This document shows positions 28,366 through 40,522 of a DNA stretch of 64,000 nt, piece by piece; within the stretch, counting starts at the first letter, position 1; every line of letters begins with the position of its first letter. The position numbers were made by a program, and so were the translations under genes. Origin of the DNA: Octopus vulgaris (Eukaryota); the NCBI GenBank assembly GCA_951406725.2, contig OX597815.1:17298001-17362000 (forward strand), in the 5' to 3' direction. The notes below the pieces were generated by a model. It saw only the letters and a program-made list of their open reading frames with translations, did not search any database and was not told where the DNA came from.

Positions 28366-30436
28366 TATAAAAGATGTGTAAATGCTTTATATATATATAA
28401 ACACACATACACACGCACACACGCACACACGCACACACACACTCTCTTTCTCTCACGCATTCAGCTTCCATTACAAGTTTACCTTATTAGTGCTTGCACC
28501 ACATAGGGAGCTGTAGATATAATATCCTGCCCTGATACACACTTGGCATAGTGATGTTTCCATCTACTCTGCTTTTAATCTCATTTTGTATAGCTTTTTT
28601 GCAATAAAACACCATGATTTCTAATATACTGTAAAGCCATCTGCCTTGCGTTTTTGTATTTCATTGTCTAGAAATAGTGATCACTCTTGATAATATGTTT
28701 TAGTAAATACAATATATCAGCCTCTTCTTGCTATTTAACAATAGATCTCTGGCTTACCTATATATTACTTGCCAAATTTATTATCAAACTTACGTATTCA
28801 ATAGACTCCACTGGAGAATACAAGATGCATTACACAGAAATAGCATCGTGTATTCGTCCTGATCAAAGGTGCAATCATTAAACCAAACTAGCATGATCTA
28901 TGGCTGTAAGTTTTGACATTTAAAACTGGAATCAAATGGCAATAATATACACATCAAACAAGCAAACTGTACGTCATGCGATTCGAATCACGAACATTTT
29001 ATTCAGATAGTAGAATGCAACAGTTATTAAATGATATTGTCTCTAGAAACACAAACGCTCACAATAAACGGTACTAAATCAGGTAATTAATAAACAAATA
29101 TCACTTCTACTCTGTTTACTAAGGTTGCTGAGCCGGTATTTCGTGTTCTATTAATCAAGTAGTACAGAAATGTTTTTCGACTTCAGCATTATTCTGTACC
29201 TAAAAAAAAAATTATTTAAAAAAATAATGGTTTCCTATTTAGGCCAACAATTTTAAGGGTTGTTGATAGCACCCACCCCAATACTAGACTGATTGTTTAT
29301 TTTATCAGTACCCAAAGAGATGAAAATCAAACTTGAATCCTGAGTGTAAAAAGGTGGAACGTATGTAACAAGGTATTTACTCAAAAGCTCTAACAATTCT
29401 GCCAACTCGCTGCCTTCATAATAATAATAATAATTGTAATCTTTTACACGTTTGCGACAAGGTCAGCACTTTTAGAAGCAGTGGGTAAGTCATACGCAGT
29501 AACAATTCTACCTCCTCACCGCCTTCAATAATAATCCTTTTTACTATAGGCACAAGACCTGAAATTTGAGAGTGGGGGACTAGTCAATTACATTGACCCC
29601 ATTTTGAAATATCTATAAAACCGTCAAAAGCTTGTTTATTTTTAGTTTTAATTTATTTTTAGTGTTGCTTAATATGTTTTGCTAAAATTGCGGTTTCTTT
29701 TTAGATATCATCAGAAAAAGGTAATTAAAATTCATTAAAATGATAGATCTATCGGACTTTTTCAAAGAGGTCAAATTGTCAATGCCCGTATGGCAGATGC
29801 TAGCGTTACGAAAAAATTAATTTCTTAGAGCCGAACAAAATGAAAAATATTAATTCTATTTTATCCCTTTACATTTTACTTTCCTACAATATAATTAATT
29901 GCCGTATCCTATACACTGTGTCCTTGCATATTAGGTGAGTATTTCAGAAATAATTTCAACTTTTAAACAAAATCTCTCTAATATATTCGTTTATGTATTT
30001 CAATTGAGACACTCTGAATCATTTTGGAGATTTATTGTTTTAATAACAAGTTTTAAAATATGGATAATCGCATGAGGGATGCAGCACGAGAGCGTCAGCG
30101 TAGAAGGTGAGAACGGTTGCGCAAGGAACGGCGGGAGGAAATAAGAAATCAAAATCGCGCCAGGATGAGACAGAGAAGATACGAAATACGCCAAGAGGAG
30201 ACGGAGCGTATCCTACGGCATAGGAGGGAAAGAAATCAGCAAAGGAGAGAATAAATGAGCCAGCATTAAAAGAAGTGTATTTTCAAAATAAGAGAGACAG
30301 AGGTCAACGGAATCGAGAACACGTGAGTCAAGAGCAAAGACAGCTGTACTTAGAAAATATTAGAAACAGAGTTGGATCTCTCTCGACATACCAGAAAACC
30401 ACATAATCGCACCAGCCAGCATCACTACCACCTCTA

Positions 30437-30462
30437 AGCCCGTCAAATATATATATATATAT

Positions 30463-30524
<62 letters not shown>

Positions 30525-30546
30525 CTGATACAAAAAAAAAAAAAAA

Positions 30547-30604
<58 letters not shown>

Positions 30605-31238
30605 GTATATACACACACAACACATATACATTCACGTGCGTGTCTTTGTTTGTCTACCACCACCATCACCATTGCTTGACAACCGATGTTGGTGTGTTTG
30701 CGTCCCTGTAACTTAGCTGTTCAGCAGAAGATACTGATAGAATAAGCACCAGGCTTACAGAGAATAAGTCCAAGGAGTCAATTTCTTCGACTAAAGGGTG
30801 TTGCTCCAGTATAGCCGCCGTCAAATTACTGAAACAAGTAAAAGAATAAAAGAATTAGAGAAAAACGTTCCGTACCTCTAAAGCAAGAGAGTTCTCTGAA
30901 TATGCACGATGTATTTTAAGGTTAAATAGTAATTCTGTTATGTTTGAGTAACTGAGATATTTTGGTTGGATTATATAGTTATCGGTTTTACACTTCTTTC
31001 TATATTCTGTTACTGTCGCAATATACTTTTCTACTATAGGCACAAGTCCTGAAATTTTAGAGGGAGGGGGCAGTCGATTAGATCGAACCAAGTACAAATA
31101 TGGTACTTAATTTATCGACCCCGTAATGATGAAAGGCAAAGTCGACCTCGGCGGAATTTGAACTCTGAACGTAGCGGCAGACGAAATACCGCAAAGCGTT
31201 TCGCCCGGCGTGCTAACGATTCTGCCAGCTCGCCGCCT
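30437..31238. mobile_element. SINE B 3' part (+), ~170-bp linker and SINE A (-); inverted duplicate of ~11240-11715
   Basis: The linker gives KYIATVTEYRKKCKTDNYII in both ORF-track entries 11326 and 30855. Confidence 0.8.
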
Positions 31239-31991
31239 TTAACTCTCACACTATAGAAACATTTCTCATGGCACCAGCACACAATTTACAGATGCTAACA
31301 TTTTTTTCATATCTTCCGTGAATATTTCACGGGTCCAGCTAGTTAAATAATATTACGAGAGTTATTAACGTCGTAAATAATTTTACAGCACCCCCCCCCA
31401 ATCAAAGCAACGACAATTTATCAACGTAGAATATGTTTGGGTGCCTGTTCTATTTTGATTTTTAAATATTTAGCGGCTGTTATCACAATTGAAGTGGTTA
31501 TTAATACGACGCCTTGATTCTAATAAGAAGAGTTACGATTCGGTCGTCATTGATAAACTATGCAGTTTTAAGAGTAAAATTAATCTTATATCAATCATTT
31601 CTTTATAGCTAGACATTAAAGTAATTATCTACAAAGAAAGCTATATATGATTGTCACCAGTGTACTAGTTAGCAGTGCTACTTTATCGAGTACAGAGTTT
31701 AATTGTAATAAATACATTACAATTACCGAAATCTCTTAGCAAGATAATCAGTAATATCTGATTAGATGAAAGTGGTTAAAGCCAAAATGTAATTAGAAGT
31801 ACCGAGAAGTTTCAACATAAAAAGTTATAACTCGTGTTGAATTTCTTCATACAATTACAAACTGCCGAGTTAATATATTACATCCTTAAATATCTGGACA
31901 AATCGCAACGAAAGAAAAAATAATTCCATCTTAATATAGAAGCTGTAAAAATGAGCTTCAGTTCAGCAAAATTCACTAAAGGAAAATATGC

Positions 31992-32423
31992 GAATCTTTT
32001 CGGTTTGAACGGCAGTTTTTTCCAGCGGTGTCATATGAAATTGTCACCCATAATTATGACCCTAGTATCGATCTATTGCATTTCAATCTGTTTTAGGGTT
32101 AGGGTTAGTTAGGGTTAGGGTTAGGGGTGGCGGGAAGGGTATCTTTTTTCTTCACAAATGTAAATAAACCTAATCTGTTTCTTAAACGAGGGACATATTC
32201 ATACGGCACAGAATGTTTTCACCTCAATAGACGTCATTGATTGGTTGAAATTGCAGAAATTGAAGAAAGAAAAACAACAAATATCTTACAAACTATAGAA
32301 TTTTCTCAATAAAGCCAAGAGAAAAAGATGTTTTACAAACACATTCTAGCAGTATACGAAGTTTAAAATTTTTTAGTTACCTAGAAATTATATTAAAAAC
32401 TGCCGTTCAAACCGAAAAGATCC
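31992..32423. mobile_element. MITE with 29-bp TIRs and 8-bp TSD (Merlin-like), containing TTAGGG repeats
   Basis: TIR G(G/A)ATCTTTTCGGTTTGAACGGCAGTTTTT; TSD AAATATGC at 31984-31991 and 32424-32431; superfamily inferred only from the GG terminus and 8-bp TSD. Confidence 0.85.
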
Positions 32424-33539
32424 AAATATGCCATAGAACAGATGAATCTTTTTATATTGTTTCAAGCCACGTTTTATATATTGTCTCACGACTTGTTAGA
32501 AGTAGCGGCCAGATGTTTCTCAAACGGATTAAGACTTCGATAGGTTCGGCTCTTGGACGGATTTCTGTTTCGTACTTACAAACTTTACTCAAAAGGCTTT
32601 AGTTGAAGCAAGACGGTAGGGAAGGACACGTTCCCGAGGGATGAAATCTGAATCCACTTTCTTGCGAAGAGAATATGTAAATCGCACCTGGGTACAGGTC
32701 ACGTTTTATTATCAGCTGATATGTATCAATCATATATAAAAGTTCGACTCTTTCTTATATTCAAGAAATTTTTCATGCTTTCAGATCCGCTTAGATTCCT
32801 TCTCTTTGTTTCATAACTAGATTCGTTTCAAATATGACATTTCACGTTAGTTGGTGTCTGACCAGTAATAAAGTTCTTGGTCTCTTCTGATTCTCTTATT
32901 TGTTCTATAGGTCCGTCCCTCCATACCACCTCTCTCTCACTCTCTCGCTCTTCTACATCTGTAACATAAATAAAAAGAGAAATTTGATATGATATGTATT
33001 ACGTTAAAGTATTTTTATTAAATTCTACGTTGTAAAATAATTTCAAATATTTAAGTTCAAACCATTATACCAGGAGCAGTCTTTCAGATTTTTGTTTGTT
33101 TTTTCGAATGGAAATTATTCTAATTTATTTGTTTTCTTTTTCTAGATGAATGGAATTCAGAAATTTTGTTTTGAACATTTAATAAACCAGAGAATAAACT
33201 TATCAAGATTGCCTCAAACATATCATGTAAGAATCTACTTACATTATGTTTCATTCACTGATTCTGTCCACAAATTAACGCAACACATTCTACACTTCAC
33301 AGCGCAACTAAAATAACAGTCAGAGTAAAAACAAAGCCCGAAGTGAAGATTCTGACTGGATACCAATTAAGAATTCATAGGTTTTTCAACCACAAGGGCT
33401 GTATATTTACGAGCTTTCACTCGGCTGAAAATCTGTACTCTATGCCCGTGTCAATTATGATATATTTGTGAGTGATTTTTCTCGTTTGCCTTCAGCGATC
33501 TGTTATTTGAAGCTTGTTCTATTGATGATATGACATGAG

Positions 33540-33541
<2 letters not shown>

Positions 33542-33631
<90 letters not shown>
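33542..33631. repeat. (CA)n microsatellite
   Basis: Direct reading. Confidence 0.95.
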
Positions 33632-33633
<2 letters not shown>

Positions 33634-34244
33634 TATATTAAAGACGCAGACAAAATTCCTTTCATTTCTCTATGAAAACAACATAAATTTCTAAACAGAT
33701 AAATATTCGCACTTCCGCTTTATTCCCCTGTCTCTTTTACCTTCATATTCTTTTATTCTTACCGTATCTCTTTTAAGTTAAGGTTAAATAAATATCACAT
33801 GATTTTTAGAAATTGGAACAAGAGGAAAATATTCAGAAAAGTTTTTATGAAACAGCAAAAATTACCCGAATAGCATGTCAAGCGGATTGTAAAATGTGTG
33901 CGTAACAGCAAAAATGTATAAAATGAGAATATTGTGTTATGTTGAACAAGCGTGAACCGTTAATCACAAACAAATCACTCACTCTCGTTATATATGCATA
34001 CCACAACACGCATAACTACCTATCTCTGTATTGTTCGTTTATACATACTACTTCAGTGTTACATATATGTATTAGAATGTATTATGCGTATGCATATGTG
34101 CATATACGTAAGCATATCCATAAATGCATATGATGTTCTGTTTTCATAAACAGAAATGAAAGGAATTTTTTCTGTGTCTTTGACATCTGGGTGTTTATGT
34201 GTGTTATCGTACATATTTTTTTTTTTTTGTTTTTTTTTTTTGTT

Positions 34245-34455
34245 TTTCCAGTTTCAGCTCTTGAGCTGTGGCCATGCTGGGGCACCGCCATTGTGGTGAA
34301 AGAGTACAGCAGGGATCACCACCCCCTGCCGGAGCCTCGTAGAGCTTTTAGGTGTTTTCGCTCAATAAACACACACAACGCCCGGTCTGAGAATCGAAAC
34401 CGCGATCCTGCGACCGCGAGTCCGCTGCCCTAACCACTAGGCCATTGCACCTCTA
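34245..34455 (-). mobile_element. Chimeric SINE: family C head with family B-type tail
   Basis: Same architecture as 13755-13971. Confidence 0.8.
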
Positions 34456-34659
34456 CATATATATAAATTTATTTTTACGTAAAGTTCTTTGTGTGTGTGC
34501 GTGTGTGTGTGTAACGAAATCTAACATTAAACTGTTTGATTACTAAGTACATATTTATTTTTACAATGAAAATTTTGATCGACTTCGACGTTTCAGATTA
34601 TTGCCCGTCACCAGAATGTCTGACGAAAGCGAGGTCACCGATTCCTTCTTTTCTTGTTG

Positions 34660-34845
34660 TTTAGCAGCATTTCGTTCGACTTTAAGTTCTGCGCTCAAAT
34701 TTTGTAAATGTCGACTTTGCCTTTCGTCCATTCGGGGTCGATAAAATAAGTACCAGTCGAACATTGGAGTCGATGTAATCGACTCATCCCCACCTCCCCC
34801 AAGCTGCCCTTGTGACAAAAATTCGAAATAATAATAATGATAATA

Positions 34846-34914
<69 letters not shown>

Positions 34915-35051
34915 TAATAATAATAATAATAATAATAATGATGATAATAATAATGATAATAATAATGATAATAATGATAATAATAATAATGATAATAATA
35001 ATTATAATAATAATAATAATAATAATAATAATGGTAGTGATAATAATGATA

Positions 35052-35122
<71 letters not shown>

Positions 35123-35529
35123 GATTGCAGCGAGTTGACATAATTGTTAGTACGCTAGGCGGCATTTTGTTTGTCTTTAGTTTCCGAGTTCAAATGTCAC
35201 CGAGGTGGACATAGACTTTCATTCTTTCTGGATCGATAAAATAACTACCAATTGAACTCGACTTATCTTTCCCCGCGAAATTGCTGGTTTTGTACCAAGA
35301 TTTGAAATCACTATGATTAGGCGCGAGTTGGTCGAATTGTTAGCTCGTAGAGCAAAATTCTTAACGTTATCTCGTCCGTCTTCAAATTCTGAGTTCAAAT
35401 TCTGCCGAGGCTGACTTTTCGTTTCATCCTTTCAGGTTCAATAAAATATGTATCGGTTAAGTATTGGGGTCGATGTAATCAACTCTCACCCTCTCCAAAA
35501 TTTCAGCCCTTGGCCTTATAATAGAAAGG

Positions 35530-35589
<60 letters not shown>

Positions 35590-35590
35590 T
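34660..35590 (+). mobile_element. Cluster of three diverged SINE A copies with (AAT)n/(ATT)n tracts
   Basis: Central domain at ~34710, ~35200 and ~35410; (AAT)n 34827-35052 followed by (ATT)n 35053-35121. Confidence 0.7.
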
Positions 35591-36011
35591 GATTATTCTA
35601 GTTAAATAAAGATGGACCTCAAAATGACTTCGAATCCCACTTCCTGTATTACCACACTACAGTCTCTCATTTCATATCTCTTATTGTTTCCAATGATATC
35701 TGGAGAGAAGAGCTTTCGACCTTACGCGACATCTGGCCAAGGATTTCAGATGCCTAACAAACTGTAGAGTTCGCAAAACATTATACACCACTCTACACTG
35801 AAGTTCAATCGTTTTTGATGCCCGATAGGAAACTTTGAACAATACAAAAGCCCTGATTTAACAAAAGAGCGAAAGATATTGTCATTCAAGGTTCGTCATT
35901 ACCATTTCCTTAGCAACGAGACAATACTCTCTTGAGCTCATCACATATGAGACTAGAGACTAAGTATTTGAAATCTTCCGTAAAGCTTGGATCCGATTGG
36001 CTGAGCATTCC

Positions 36012-36427
36012 TATTTCTTTACTGCCCACAAGGGGATACACACAGAGGTGACAAACAAGGACAGACAAACCGATTAAGTCGATTATACCGACCCCAGTGC
36101 GTAACTGGTACTTATTTAATCGACCCCGAAAGGATGAAACGCAAAGTCGACCTTGGCGGAATTTGAACTCAGAACGTAGCGTCAGACGAAATACCTATTT
36201 CTTTACTACCCACAAGGGGCTAAACACAGAGGGGACAAACAAGGACAGACAAACGGATTAAATCAATTACATCAACCCCAGTACGCAGCTGATACTTAAT
36301 TTATCGATCCTGAAAGGATGAAAGGCAAAGTCGACCACGGCGGAACTTGAACTCAGAACGTAGCGGCAGACGAAATACAGCTAAGCATTTCGCCCGACGT
36401 GCTAACGTTTCTGCCAGCTCGCCGCCT
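36012..36427 (-). mobile_element. SINE family A dimer with 10-bp TSD
   Basis: TSD TGAGCATTCC at 36002-36011 and 36428-36437. Confidence 0.9.
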
Positions 36428-36601
36428 TGAGCATTCCACCGATACATGTACACTTAATAAAATTTTCAAGGAGAATCAACTTGACCCATTGTATGACAAG
36501 GAAGTACCTTTCAGTCACATATACAGTCCATCCGAGAAGGTTTTATACAGTTTCCATCGACCCAATTTCACTCACAAAGTATAGGCCGAGCAGGGGCTAT
36601 A

Positions 36602-37886
36602 CGAGGGGCGTTCAATAAGTAATGCCCCTGACCCACTTCTCATAGCAGTAGAGCAACGAAACTTGGCACAGTTATTAGTCTTTTTCTACCTAGGAAGCAC
36701 CCAGAGTTACGCATTTCTCACATCGTTTGATGCAGCTCTGTAGACCGTTTTTGTAGAAGACCCCAGCTTGGTCCTCCAACCACGACGTGACTTCAGAAAT
36801 CAATGCTGCATCACCTGGAAAACGCTTTCCTTTCAAAAACAACTTCATGGCTGGGAAGAGGTGAAAATCAGAGGGTGCAAGGGCAGGAGAGTAGGGGGAT
36901 GGGAGATGAGTTCATAGCCGCACGCCTGTGCTTCTGATCTGGCGACACGCGAGTTGTGAACCGGAGAATTGTCCTGCAAGAGGAGGATGCCTTTGCTGAT
37001 CTTGCCCCGCCTCTTGATTTTGATAGCTTCTTTTAATTTCCTCAAAAGTGAAGCATAATAGGCTCCTGTAATTGTGGCACCCTTTGCCAGGAAATCTGTC
37101 ATCAGTACTCCGTCCTGGTCCCAGAAGACTGAGAGCATGACCTTGCCAGCAGAGGGCTGCACCCTTGCCTTCTTTGGAGGAGGTGAGTCAAGGTGTGTCC
37201 ACTGCATTGACTGGGCTTTGGTCTCTGGATCATAGTGATGGACCCAGGTTTCATCCTGTGTAATCAGTCTTTTGAAAAATGTTGACTCATCTTCTTGACA
37301 CATCTCCAAATTCATCCTCGAGCAATCGTCACGTTCTTGCTTCTGGAAAGATGTGAGCAACCTGGGAATCCATCTGGCAGGCAGCTTTTGCATATGCAAA
37401 TGGTCATGAATGATAGTTTCCACAGACCCGGTACTAATCTTGACCTCATGGGCTATTTGGCGAATAGTTATGCGTCGATCTTCCAAAATGGCAGCCTCAA
37501 CATGACGGACAGATGCCTCATCAATGGCAGAAGTGGGTGACCAGATCTGGGAGCTGTTTCCACAGAGTTCCGACCATGTTTGAATTCACGATGCCAGCGT
37601 TTTACAAGGTCACATGATGGGGCATCATCACCATAAGTTACTTTCATTTCATCAAAAGTCTCCCGTGGTATGCGTTCTTTCAAATACAAAAACCGGATCA
37701 CTGCTCGACACTCAACAGGCTTCATTTCACACTTGACTCAGTTCAAACACCTGTAAATCAGAAACTACAATTAGTTCAGAGCTGTAATTTGCCATTTAAT
37801 CTATAAAGATATAAATAATTGTACAATTTCAGCTAGATAAAATAACTGCAAGTGGGTCAGAAGCATTACTTATTGAACGTCCCTCG
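36602..37886 (-). mobile_element. Full-length mariner (DD34D, irritans-like) element, inserted in an old SINE B copy
   Basis: TIRs CGAGGG(G/A)CGTTCAATAAGTAATGC...TGACCCACTT; TA TSD at 36600-36601 and 37887-37888; 1285 bp. Confidence 0.95.
36675..37725 (-). pseudogene. Mariner transposase pseudogene
   Basis: HTH N-terminus, WIPRLL, TQDETWVHHYDPE, LLQDNSPVH, YSPALAPSDFHLF; frameshifts near 37530 and 36900 and disruptions near the C-terminus. Confidence 0.93.
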
Positions 37887-38853
37887 TAGGAGTTGCCGTT
37901 TCCCTAAAACACAACATAGTGCGATTGAGATCAGGAACCCCAGCTCCGAAGTGAACTACCATTCGTTCATACTACATGTACGCAGACGTACATGTGAAGG
38001 GTAGTTTCTTTTGCAAAAAATGTATTCAAAGTGTAGCCGGAGATTATTTCTATGCATTTTAAACAAAGATGTGACCAGTTAAATCCGACAACCACGTTGC
38101 TGCATTTTACGTATTTCATCGACCCCGAACGGGTGAAAGTTGAAGTCAGCCACAGTCGGACAGCCCACACACTGAGCCAACTAAATACTGCTAGGCATGT
38201 TATCTGCCGTTCTAGCACTTCTCATATACGCCGCCCTCGAAAAATTCCTCACATTAACATAAAATTACAATTATAGCATATTAAATTATAACATAAGATG
38301 AATTTCTGTTTTCTTGCGTGATATGTCGCGTGATATGTCACTGATCTTTACATTTGGTGACTTGAAAATATCTTTATGTTGCCACAATATCCCTCTCTAT
38401 AGTTCTTATCCTCTTCTTTAATCCCTCTAACACATTAAGTTTTCCCCTTTACAGTCTCATCCACTCTTCATTTCTTAACATTCACGACACTCATAGCGAC
38501 ATAATTAAATTTAATAAAATATGCGGTAGTGTATGCGATAGTTTGTCCTTCGTTGGAAAGTCAGTTTTAATTCTCTTCTCAAAGATGAATTAACTTATCA
38601 AATATCATTACATTATTTCCTGAGTATTTTATTGAAATGCTGACACTCGCTATAAGATTAAGCAACATGTCGAAACTTATATCTATTAACATTTGATCAT
38701 GTCTAATATCTTGTGTAATTAATGTTTCTTAGATCATCAGATACCATGCAATCTATTGCTTCCAGTATGCATAATTTGTGTGTGTGTGTGTGTATGTGTG
38801 TGTGTATGTGTGTGTGTATGTGTGTGTGTATGTGTGTGCGTGGGTGTGTGTGT

Positions 38854-38901
<48 letters not shown>

Positions 38902-38992
38902 TGTATTTGTGCGCTTTTAATTTTGAAGTGATACATGATTGTATTTATAAACATGGTCGGTGGTCGGAATCCTCACATTCACAAAAGTGTAT

Positions 38993-39400
38993 GAACTGGC
39001 AGAAGCGTTAGCATGCCGGGCGAAATGCGTGGCCGTATTTCGTCTGCCGCTACGTTCTGAGTTCAAATTCCGCCGAGGTCGACTTTGCCTTTCATCCTTT
39101 CGGGGTCGATAAATTAAATACCAGTTACGCACTGGGGTCGATGTAATCGACTTAATACCTATGTCTGTCCTTGTTTGTCCACTCTATGTTTAGCCCCTTG
39201 TGGGCAATAAAGAAATAGGTATTTTGTCTGCCGTTACGTTGTGAGTTCAAATTCCCTCAAGGTCGACTTTGCCTGTCATCCTTTCGGTGTCGATAAATTA
39301 AGTACTAGTTACGCATTGAGGTCGATATACTCGACTTAATCCGTTTGCTTGTCCTTGTTTGTCCCCTCTGTGTTTAGACCCTTGTGGGTAGTAAAGAAAT
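38993..39400 (+). mobile_element. SINE family A dimer
   Basis: Two units joined at AAATAGGTATTT. Confidence 0.88.
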
Positions 39401-39664
39401 ATATTAGGAGCCTAAGCTTTTAAAATCGTAATACAGTTACTGCTTTCGGTTTGTTCGTATTATTAAAGTAGTGAAGCATTGTGACGATATAGAAACAAAG
39501 ACATTCTCAAATGCATCGAAATATTAAAAGGTAACAGTACGTGGTTATTTCACTGACTACCGATGAATCGTTATTAAATTTCGAAAGGTAATACTTGTCA
39601 GCATCTGAAAGTAGATCTTGTGTTAGAACACAGCATACCGTGATAGTTACGATGAGTGAACCTC

Positions 39665-40020
39665 TCATATTGGCTCGCGGTGCATGGAAGCACTTTTGTT
39701 TACATCGTTAACGAGAAGGATATAAATTACCCCCATCCCTACACATCCCCACCGCCGAGACTACCAGATCACGTGATTTCGGCCTTCCCTGGTCTTGTCA
39801 GTGGTAGAAGCTCGGACGCTGGAGATAGCAGCGGTATCTCTGATAGCGATATACACAAAATCATAGTGCCTAAACAGGCACGGGTGTTGCGAATAAGCCA
39901 GTGAGGCTTAATAAAAAAAAATTATTTTACATATTCATCAGTTTCTTCTGTTCTGCAGAACACGCGATATTTTTATTTGTTCTCGTGTGAAACATAAGAA
40001 ACAGTAACAGCGCTTGTTTG
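39665..40020 (+). promoter_or_regulatory. Candidate Pol II promoter with two non-coding 5' exons
   Basis: CpG-richer non-repeat DNA; reverse CCAAT 39669, TGTTTAC 39697, ATCACGTGAT 39768, Inr-like TCAGT 39798; GT..AG 39901-39958; strong donor TG|GTGAGT at 40021. Confidence 0.3.
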
Positions 40021-40164
40021 GTGAGTTTATTGTTACTGACTGCATGTCAGTGTATGGCTTTTGAAATGTAGTACAGTACCTATTTCTTTACTACCCACAA
40101 GGGGCTAAACACAGAGGGGACAAACAAGGACAGACAAACGGATTAAGTCGATTACATCGAGCCC

Positions 40165-40522
40165 ATCATAGCCATGTGTTGAAAGGAATTCTTAGAGGTC
40201 GGGATAATTCACCTTTGGAACCATGGGTGGTTCGTTCAACATCCTTAAACAATCCTTATTCAGGGACCTTTTGAGCGAGATGGGCTATTCGACAAGAAAA
40301 ATATTCTAACTGGGCCCCACCTCCAAGGTCATGCGCTGTTTATATTGTTATGAGATCACCACGTTGCGCATACATGGTTGTGATGCATGTGCCTAGTGTA
40401 CCCTTATCTGATGGGTAGTCATGAGGTGTATACTGGGCTTCGTATATTTTACCCCAGTGTCACTTTGGTGGTATGCACTGCTCTCTCACTCAAATAACAA
40501 TAATAATGATGATAATAATCAT
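40165..40522 (+). mobile_element. Probable 3' end of a non-LTR retrotransposon ending in (AAT)n, between SINE A pieces (40077-40160 and 40525-40738, minus)
   Basis: Ends CTCTCTCACTCAAATAACAATAATAAT; no coding motif seen. Confidence 0.4.

Noticed and set aside
32093-32126. Chromosome end or fusion scar
   Set aside because: Only five TTAGGG units, enclosed within a TIR/TSD-bounded MITE
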